Shown here: positions 57,294-64,000 of the stretch, piece after piece
How positions within the stretch are numbered: position 1 is the first letter of the stretch
Layout: each line of letters opens with the position of its first letter
Source: Candidatus Latescibacterota bacterium
GTDB lineage: Bacteria; Latescibacterota; UBA2968; UBA8231
DNA length: 64,000 nucleotides
NCBI GenBank assembly: GCA_965217585.1
Contig: OZ244561.1
Span: 832,001 to 896,000 of the forward strand
Reading direction: 5' to 3'
The notes under the pieces: generated by a model
The model's input: the letters and a program-made list of their open reading frames with translations, nothing else
Database searches by the model: none
Told to the model about the DNA's origin: nothing
Made by a program: the position numbers and the translations under genes

Positions 57294-60196
57294 GTTGCAC
57301 CTCCCGCAGCTCCATCACCGAACAGCCCGCCCTGTTCGAGCGGTGCCTCCTGCCGCTCCTTGCGCGCCAGATCGGCGATTTCGGGCCAGCTCTGTACCAG
57401 GCTGTTGTAGGAGAGGGCTTCGGCGGCGCGGCGCTTGCGTTCGCAGATGGTGTAGAGGCGGTAGGCCAGTTCGCGGGCGATGTCGGCGGATGCGCCGAGT
57501 TGGGCCTCGACCCGCGCTGCTTCTGGCTCGCCGCCGGTTTCTAAGGCGCGGATTAGGTGGTGGACTGCTTCCCACACGGTGAGCCGGTCGTCGGTGGTTG
57601 GGTCCCAGTCGTCGGCTAACTCGTCTGGGCGCAGCAGGCGCACCTTGCCGGCGCTGGAGGCGAGGATGCCGCCTTCGACGATGCCGGCGATGCTGGTGTT
57701 TTTGGCTTTGGACAGGGTTTCGGCGACGCCGTATTCGCCTTCGTCGAAGCCTTGCTGCTCGAACCACGCCAAGGCCCAGCGGCTGTCGGCGTCAAAGTCG
57801 CCTTCCTGCTCGGCGAGCACTTCGTCGAGTAGCTGGTTGATGAGCGCTAGGGCCTCGCGCACCGAGACGGGATTGCCCTCGGCGTCGAGCACTTTGGCGT
57901 AGCGGGTGAATACCGCCATGCCGGGGCCGATGGCGGCTTGGGCGAGATCGACTGGGGCGATGTTGCCGGATTGCAGGTGGGCGAGGGCAGTGGGGAGCTC
58001 GGCCCTCAACGCGGCGACGAATTCGCGGCGGGTGGCCATTGGCGCATCGGCAGGGCGTTGGCGGCAGACGAGGACGATGCTGGAGGCGAGGGCGTTCTGT
58101 TCAAAGGCTCGGAGTCCCTTCGGTTGTTCAGTCCGCATCGGCCAAGTGCCGGTGACGGAGAAGCCTGACTGAATGACTGCGGCTAGGAAAGTCTCCCAGC
58201 CGGTGCTAGCAGTGCCGGTTTCGCCTTTGGTCTCGGACTGCTTGAAGGCATAGTAGATGGTGACAGGAAAACTGGGATGAGATTGTTCCGAAAGGCGGCG
58301 CATCGCCTGTGTCATACCGTCGAGGAAGAAGGTCTCTGCCGCGTCCTTACTCCCGTGTCGGTACGGGGTTGCCACCAACTCTTCGGCCTTCGGAACGGCG
58401 AGCGTAGCGAAGAGATCAGGAAACACCGGTTTTAGAGAGTGGCGCAGCCAGACGTAGAAAAAGTCCGACAGATCAGCGTAGACGATGTTGTCGTAATACG
58501 GAGGGTCGGTAGAGATGACTTTCGCGTCGGAGATTGTTTGGTTAACCGCATCCTCTTGGGAAGCTACAGAGGGGATCAACCGATTGAACTGCTTATCTAC
58601 GACTTCGCAAACAGACTTGACCGTTCCGAAGATATCGCCACCGGCACCTGCAAGTGGATTGGTCTCAGCGAAATCCCAGACCATTGGCAAAGCCTGTCTG
58701 CCGAATGTTGCGACAAGCCTGTCCATTCTGTGCTCCCATATACAAAGGCTCGTATTCCGATTGCAACCCTTACTCTGGGCAAACGCCAGATACACACCCA
58801 TCGCCTCGGCATACGCCATCGCGCCAGCACCCTCATTCCGTAGCGGTCGTACGTCATTGGGCAAATCGGCGCTGGCGGCATCCTGCTTGACGCGCTCCAT
58901 TGCTTCCGTTACCAAGTCGGAGAAGGTAGTCAGGGCGACCAGTTGGCGGGGGGTGAAGAGGTCTGCAAAGGTACTCATGCCGTAGAGAGGGAGCTGATCT
59001 CGACACTTACCGATTAATTCATTATCCGGCCGCCACTCTGGCGTCGCTTGGTCTGCAACCGCCTCCTGATCTGGCCTCGGCGCAAGATAAACCCTGCCCC
59101 GATCTCCCCCGACCACGATCGCCATTAGCCGTGCCCCCATCCGCCCGGCCTGCCCCTCGGCCTTGATATAGCCCCCTGCAATCGGTGTCCCCGACATCAC
59201 GCAGCGGAAGTTTGCTCCTCGCGCCAGCTTGGTCCCCACCTTCGCCGCCTCCGCATCCTCCGGCGTTCCCACCTTCACCACAAACCGATACCCACGCCCC
59301 TCAATCACCGGCTCGACATACGCCTCCTTCCCCTTCTTCGTCGAAAGCATAAAGGTCGCGGCCAGCGGAACCTCCACATCGGCAAACGCCGGATTCGGGC
59401 TTCTCACCGTCCGCGCCCACAGCCATGCAATCACCGTCAGCTTGCGCCCCTTGTATCGTTCAAGATCGGGCCGCTCCCGCACCATCTCCTCGGTAATCTC
59501 AACCTGCGGATACAGATGCCCAATGCGCCGCTTGGCCTCGTCGCGCATCCACTGGCCATAGTAGCGCACATCCTCGGCTAGCCCCTGCGCCCCCTTCCAT
59601 TCGCGCTCGATCAGACTCCTTTCCTCGCGGGACACCGGATTCACCGGCGACTGACCGGCGAACTTCGGCGGTATCTCGATCATGGCCTTGTTGATGAGCA
59701 CTGCCACCGGATTGAGGTCGCTGGCATGAGCCTCAAGCCCCAACCGCTGCGCTTCCAACGGCAAGGCACCGCCGCCAGCAAACGGATCGTGAAAGGCCGG
59801 CAGCTTGTCCGGGTCGAACAGTTCGGCAGCGCGCGGATGATCGGCATGGTCGGCACAGGTTCGCCGCCAACTCTTGCGAATCTCCGTCCGCGCCCGTTCC
59901 AGCACCTTCTCGTTAGTGGTGTTTTCCCACTTCACCAATTCTTCGATGAGGCGAAACAGCCGCTCGCGCTCCTTTTCCTGGTCGGCCTCCGTAGGGAACA
60001 GATCGGGGCTGGCCGACGGATCATCGACCATCTGCGCAAAAATCACCGCCCGCGCCGCCGCCAACGGCCGCCGCGCCCACCACAAATGCAGCGTACTCGG
60101 ATGCCCGTGCCGAATCGACTTCTCCCGCGCCGACGCGGCATTGATCGCGTCGAGCGGCAGGGCGACTTCAATGAGCTTTTTGCGGGGAGCCGTCAT
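57290..60196 (-). CDS. DUF1156-containing N6-adenine DNA methyltransferase
   Basis: [10 protein letters not shown]...[22 protein letters not shown] (SAM-binding), TDPPYYDN (catalytic), [15 protein letters not shown]. Start set at ATG 60196 (ATGA overlap with the upstream stop). Confidence 0.9.
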   Translation of the reverse strand: MTAPRKKLIEVALPLDAINAASAREKSIRHGHPSTLHLWWARRPLAAARAVIFAQMVDDPSASPDLFPTEADQEKERERLFRLIEELVKWENTTNEKVLERARTEIRKSWRRTCADHADHPRAAELFDPDKLPAFHDPFAGGGALPLEAQRLGLEAHASDLNPVAVLINKAMIEIPPKFAGQSPVNPVSREERSLIEREWKGAQGLAEDVRYYGQWMRDEAKRRIGHLYPQVEITEEMVRERPDLERYKGRKLTVIAWLWARTVRSPNPAFADVEVPLAATFMLSTKKGKEAYVEPVIEGRGYRFVVKVGTPEDAEAAKVGTKLARGANFRCVMSGTPIAGGYIKAEGQAGRMGARLMAIVVGGDRGRVYLAPRPDQEAVADQATPEWRPDNELIGKCRDQLPLYGMSTFADLFTPRQLVALTTFSDLVTEAMERVKQDAASADLPNDVRPLRNEGAGAMAYAEAMGVYLAFAQSKGCNRNTSLCIWEHRMDRLVATFGRQALPMVWDFAETNPLAGAGGDIFGTVKSVCEVVDKQFNRLIPSVASQEDAVNQTISDAKVISTDPPYYDNIVYADLSDFFYVWLRHSLKPVFPDLFATLAVPKAEELVATPYRHGSKDAAETFFLDGMTQAMRRLSEQSHPSFPVTIYYAFKQSETKGETGTASTGWETFLAAVIQSGFSVTGTWPMRTEQPKGLRAFEQNALASSIVLVCRQRPADAPMATRREFVAALRAELPTALAHLQSGNIAPVDLAQAAIGPGMAVFTRYAKVLDAEGNPVSVREALALINQLLDEVLAEQEGDFDADSRWALAWFEQQGFDEGEYGVAETLSKAKNTSIAGIVEGGILASSAGKVRLLRPDELADDWDPTTDDRLTVWEAVHHLIRALETGGEPEAARVEAQLGASADIARELAYRLYTICERKRRAAEALSYNSLVQSWPEIADLARKERQEAPLEQGGLFGDGAAGGAT

Positions 60197-60672
60197 GTGC
60201 CGAGCGCCTTGGTCAACTGTTCTTTGCACTTGATCAACCGGACGGGCTCGGCAGTTCCATGAAACCGCACTTGGTTGTGCTTGGCCTTCAATGCGTTCCG
60301 TTCCGCCGTATGGATACCACCGCCGTAGGCCACGACAGGGCGGAAGTTGACAGCCATCGTATTAGGGATAAGCTGTTCGGCGGCGTGGGCTCCCGCTTTG
60401 AGTTGTCGGACGATTCCGCTGGTGTCCAATTGGCCTTTCTTCAACTCCAGCGGCACGACCCAGCCGGGCTTGCTATGATCCTCGGCGACGAACAGGTAGT
60501 CGCAGCGTGTCTGATTCTTACCCAGTGGCGAGCCCTGTTCGTCGAAATCGATTACTAGGCGTGGTTGCGGCGCATCTTTTAGCGACACCGAGCATCCTTC
60601 CTTCTTGATACCTCTGTTTTCAATACACGTATTATTAACCTTCCCGCGAACCATTCCCACCAATCCCGTCAT
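60193..60672 (-). CDS. Hypothetical protein with PD-(D/E)xK-like motif
   Basis: RCDYLFVAE...VVPLELKKG...IVRQLKAG; ATGA overlaps with both neighbours. Confidence 0.6.
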   Translation of the reverse strand: MTGLVGMVRGKVNNTCIENRGIKKEGCSVSLKDAPQPRLVIDFDEQGSPLGKNQTRCDYLFVAEDHSKPGWVVPLELKKGQLDTSGIVRQLKAGAHAAEQLIPNTMAVNFRPVVAYGGGIHTAERNALKAKHNQVRFHGTAEPVRLIKCKEQLTKALGT

Positions 60673-62195
60673 TCGGGTTCTCCGATCCAGCTAGAAATAT
60701 CGGCCCAGTCGTTGTGGAGTACGCGTGCGACTTCATCAAATTCGGATGGATAAAGTCCTGAGTCGTCGAGACGAATTTCCCTCACTACCGATCCCTTCGG
60801 ACGGAGCCTCGGTTTGAACAGCCATGCTCCCACTTGGTCGGAACGCAGCGCGAAATCACCCCGGGGAATTTCCTTGCGGCGGGCTTTGGGAAGTTCGGAG
60901 CGCCGTACGATGTTGGCGAGTTCCTCTAGCACCCACTCGCTGTGAGTCGTGATTATCACCCTGATACCCGCATCAACGAGTGCGGCGATTTGGCGGATGA
61001 ATTCGACCTGCATACCCGGATGCAGGTGCGCTTCCGGCTCTTCAATGATCAAGGTCTCGCCGGGCTGAACAACATGGCGCATATACAAGACCACTGGCGC
61101 GAGTTCCGACACCATCGACGAGGTGTTCATCAGAGGTAGGGAATTTTTCCATCCGTCGGGTTTATAGAAAAACAGCGGATAGCCCATTGCCGACGTTTTG
61201 ATTTGAACCGAGCCTGTGAGGATCGCTTGCTCAATGTGCTTGGCTAGAGCGTCTGCTCCGTTGCTCTGACGTTCCGCAGGATCGCCCAACTTGATGAGCT
61301 GATTGAGAAAATCGGCGACAACACCCGAAAGGTCTGGCAGCGGATCTTCTCGATGAAGCCGAGGTTGCGCGGCGCGATTGATCAAGGAACTGATGACCAC
61401 GCGATGAGCGTGCATCACGCCGGTGCGGTCGGCGGGAAGATAATGAGCGGGGCGAGTCATCGGGCCGAGGATGAAGGAAAGGACGGAGTTGGCAAGGCGC
61501 TCCGACACTTCCGACACACCCGCCATTCTGTCTATATCGTTGCGCCAGCTAAGGAGTCTTGAAGAATAACTATATTTTTTCGGCGGTTTTGCAACCCGCA
61601 AAGGCACTGCCTCGGAGATCGCAGTAGTTAGCTGCGATCCCTTCTGCGTCATCGAAAGTGCGTATTTGAACGGTGCCGTGTTGCCACCTTCTCCCAATCC
61701 GCTGCTTTGCAGGGCAACCTCGGCATTATTGCTGCCCGGATGGCGAATCAAATCCTTTGTGCCATCTACACCGAAACACCTCGTGATTTCCTCAGCGAGT
61801 ACTTCTTTAAAAAGACCATCGACGTGTCGGAGTTGCCGAAGTACCAAATCTGCGACCGGAGCCGACAGAGCCACATTGCGCTCGTGGTTCTCCGCTTCCC
61901 ATGCTCGTAACGCTTGTAGGATGCGGTCGAATTCGGCGTCAAGCAGGCGGTTAAATTCGTTGTCGGGCAGATCGAGATCATCAAGTGAGCCGTTTGTAAT
62001 CGGCTGCATTATAGGGTAGGGACCGGCCCTAAAAAACCGATGCAGCGCATAGATCAGGATCGCCAAATAGGATTTCCCCGTGTTGCTCGGCCCAATGAAT
62101 ACGGTCAGTGGACGCAGATCGATCTTGGCCTCGACGATCGGCCCGAAATTGGCTACTTCGAGTTCAAGTGTGTCTTGTTTAGTTAGATCGTTCAT
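60669..62195 (-). CDS. ABC/AAA (AAA_15/AAA_21, AbiEii-like) ATPase
   Basis: NFGPI, Walker A GPSNTGKS, YLPADRTG, signature-like TSSMVSEL, Walker B IIEEPEAHLHP, ITTHS. Start set at ATG 62195 (GGAG upstream). Confidence 0.88.
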   Translation of the reverse strand: MNDLTKQDTLELEVANFGPIVEAKIDLRPLTVFIGPSNTGKSYLAILIYALHRFFRAGPYPIMQPITNGSLDDLDLPDNEFNRLLDAEFDRILQALRAWEAENHERNVALSAPVADLVLRQLRHVDGLFKEVLAEEITRCFGVDGTKDLIRHPGSNNAEVALQSSGLGEGGNTAPFKYALSMTQKGSQLTTAISEAVPLRVAKPPKKYSYSSRLLSWRNDIDRMAGVSEVSERLANSVLSFILGPMTRPAHYLPADRTGVMHAHRVVISSLINRAAQPRLHREDPLPDLSGVVADFLNQLIKLGDPAERQSNGADALAKHIEQAILTGSVQIKTSAMGYPLFFYKPDGWKNSLPLMNTSSMVSELAPVVLYMRHVVQPGETLIIEEPEAHLHPGMQVEFIRQIAALVDAGIRVIITTHSEWVLEELANIVRRSELPKARRKEIPRGDFALRSDQVGAWLFKPRLRPKGSVVREIRLDDSGLYPSEFDEVARVLHNDWADISSWIGEPE

Positions 62196-62299
62196 ATCTT
62201 CATTCTCCGTTCTAGCACCTCGTCTGGGCTGACGCGGCGTTGATTTTCGGAAGTTACAGGCTCTCGTCCATACGACCACCAGCACTGCAACAGCAAGCC

Positions 62300-62347
62300 C
62301 AAACGAAAAAGCGATCATAGTCAGTACTTGCAAGTTTGGACAAGTAG
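62300..62347 (-). promoter_or_regulatory. Putative sigma70 promoter of the ATPase-methyltransferase unit (copy 2 of the duplicated sequence)
   Basis: Minus strand TTGTCC-N18-TATGAT; the spacer contains the perfect palindrome ACTTGCAAGT. Confidence 0.6.
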
Positions 62348-62498
62348 AATCTAATTGAACAGTGTGCTTTGCGCTTTGCCCGGCAGCTCGGTCTCAAGGC
62401 CCTGACCGTTCCAGAATTCACCGTATATCTATACGAAATAGGGTAGTGCGTCACTTTGAAATTATTGTATATAATTCCCCCAAAAAAAGGTGCTATTA

Positions 62499-64000
62499 AT
62501 GTATTTCCCCGTCTTTGCTCGAACGGCCAAGTGCGATACTGCATGGACCATTTTGTCCGTCTGCTTTGTTCTAGCTTTGCAGGTCGGGTGCGGCTCAGAA
62601 CCCCAAAGCCATGTGGTCGCAAGGATAGCGGGGCAAGAAATCACCACGGTCGAACTGCAAGCGTTCGCCGCCCGCCTGCCGGACGGCATCCACGCAGGTA
62701 AGAGCGACAGTGAGGCCAATGTCATGGTCTTGAATGCGCTGATCGACAAAAAAGTGCTACTAGCCGAAGCAGAGGCGCAGCAATTGCAGAGCGATCCGGG
62801 CTTGGTCCTCGATTTATCCGCCTTCAGAGATCGGGAAATGATGAAGTTGTACAACCAGCTCAAAGTGGATCAGCAGATTTCGATTGCACAAGAGGAACTG
62901 ATCGAACTGTACCGGGACGAGGCTTGGGACAGAGCGCTGCGCCTTGCAGCCATAGTGGTCGCAACGCGGGAGCAAGCCGACGAACTAGTAGCCGAACTCA
63001 ACAGCGGCAAGGCGTTCCGCCAGCTCGTCGACGCCTATTCTGTCGATGAGACAACCAAAGCCTGGGGTGGAGACACGGGACGCTATTTGTCCAGAGACAC
63101 CGCCGATGAATCCCTGCGGGAATTATTGACCCTGCAGGTGGGTGACCTATCGGAGCCGCTGCCCTTCGCCTATAAAGGAAAAAAGCACTACGCCGTATTC
63201 AAAGTACTAGACGAGATGCCCATTGCCTTAAACGAGGTGCAAGATGTCCTCGAGGAGAAAATTTTCGGCTCCAAACGAATTGCCCGCAGAGCGGCGTTGA
63301 CCGATTCGCTGGCGGGCGTCTACGAGCCTTTAGTAGATGCCGCTGGGGTGGCATTTTTGGCCGAGCGGTCAGCCGGCGGCCAAATCAATGTGTCCGAGGC
63401 GGAGGCCACTAGGCGCTTGGGTTCCTACCGCGACGGCGATCTGACCATTGGCGAATTTCTTTCCGTCGTGCTCCACAAAGCCGGTCCGGGGACCCGGCAC
63501 CAACTCGCCGATACTGCGTTGGTAGCGGCCAAGGTCCGCGGCCTGCTCACTGCCCAGATGCTACTCAAAGCATCCCACGCCCTGGGCCTAGATCGGGATT
63601 CTACCTTGGTAGCCAGCGTGGAAAACGAGCGCGAAAATCTACTCGTGAGTCTGCTGCGCAAGATCAATGTCGACGCCTATATCAGGGTTGCAGCAGCAGA
63701 AGCCCGCGCCTTCTACGACAAAAACCCCGAAAAATTTCGCTATCTCGAAGCCATTATAGCCGCAGAGGTTCTCTTGTCCAACGAAGAGGAAGCTCAGCGC
63801 GTAAAAGAGCAATTGCAAGAGGGAGCCGCTGCAGAACAATTGATCGCAAAATACGACACTCGCGGGGTCCATGGAGAAAAAAGGGGATTTGTGCGCCTCG
63901 ACGCCTACAAGCGACTTCACTACCCCCATATATACGATCTGTCCCAGGATATGGAAATAGGCCAAGTCGGCGGACCCATCAAGGTTGCGGAAGGGTATTC
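62499..64000 (+). CDS. Parvulin-type PPIase / SurA-like chaperone lipoprotein, paralog of 7401-9140 (3' end beyond the window)
   Basis: Not in the ORF track (no stop). Manual translation of the start and end: MYFPVFAR...VLALQVGCGSEPQSHVVARIAGQEI...LIDKKVLLAEA...DRALRL...GQVGGPIKVAEGY, collinear with the first PPIase. Confidence 0.82.
   Translation, partial: MYFPVFARTAKCDTAWTILSVCFVLALQVGCGSEPQSHVVARIAGQEITTVELQAFAARLPDGIHAGKSDSEANVMVLNALIDKKVLLAEAEAQQLQSDPGLVLDLSAFRDREMMKLYNQLKVDQQISIAQEELIELYRDEAWDRALRLAAIVVATREQADELVAELNSGKAFRQLVDAYSVDETTKAWGGDTGRYLSRDTADESLRELLTLQVGDLSEPLPFAYKGKKHYAVFKVLDEMPIALNEVQDVLEEKIFGSKRIARRAALTDSLAGVYEPLVDAAGVAFLAERSAGGQINVSEAEATRRLGSYRDGDLTIGEFLSVVLHKAGPGTRHQLADTALVAAKVRGLLTAQMLLKASHALGLDRDSTLVASVENERENLLVSLLRKINVDAYIRVAAAEARAFYDKNPEKFRYLEAIIAAEVLLSNEEEAQRVKEQLQEGAAAEQLIAKYDTRGVHGEKRGFVRLDAYKRLHYPHIYDLSQDMEIGQVGGPIKVAEGY

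Noticed and set aside
62196-62333. 46-aa hydrophobic N-terminal extension of the ATPase suggesting a membrane anchor
   Set aside because: It starts at a TTG inside the promoter-like repeat; ATG 62195 has an RBS and matches the usual family N-terminus.
1-64000. Numerous 60-330 aa ORFs antisense or out of frame to the long genes (e.g. 1976-2695, 9781-10488, 26455-27339, 38900-39751, 41626-42606, 49637-50224)
   Set aside because: They lie within or across well-supported genes, have no recognisable motifs, and are expected shadows in GC-rich coding DNA.
1-64000. CRISPR array, tRNA, rRNA, integrase or IS transposase
   Set aside because: No regularly spaced direct repeats, cloverleaf or rRNA-like stretch seen; intergenic gaps are short; no DDE or tyrosine/serine recombinase motifs.

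Overview
Gene-dense, GC-rich bacterial window. Gene content suggests a diderm FCB-related candidate-phylum organism such as Latescibacterota; this is an inference, as no marker gene is present. No rRNA, tRNA or CRISPR array was seen. (1) About 0.5-46 kb is dominated by two paralogous copies of an uncharacterised five-gene envelope cassette in the same order, called A-B-C-D-E here (9319-23222 and 32647-45543). A, D and E are large secreted proteins with discoidin-like motifs and a shared C-terminal '(F/C/V)TPNGDxxND...W(D/T/E/P)GxD...PGxY' Ig-like domain ending in Tyr. B and C are ~930-980 aa probable outer-membrane beta-barrel proteins sharing a near-invariant Asp/Asn-rich segment. Two small acidic secreted proteins ending in 'TAVENDxWGxxKASF' and two DUF6785/DUF6784-type membrane proteins accompany the cassettes. 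Also nearby are PPIase, TPR, pentapeptide, CRTAC1-like, GT-C glycosyltransferase-TPR, PHP/DUF3604 and PhyH genes. C in copy 2 has a 1-nt frameshift. (2) About 47.9-62.3 kb is a defence island: ABC/AAA ATPase with a small PD-(D/E)xK-like protein, DUF1156 adenine methyltransferase, MNT-HEPN, UPF0175 with a 15-codon PIN-toxin remnant, an oppositely oriented Rpn gene with an internal RBS, DUF499 ATPase and SNF2 helicase-DUF3883. The two halves of the island are preceded by homologous copies of one ~48-bp promoter-like sequence. All family assignments come from motif recognition by eye, not database searches.
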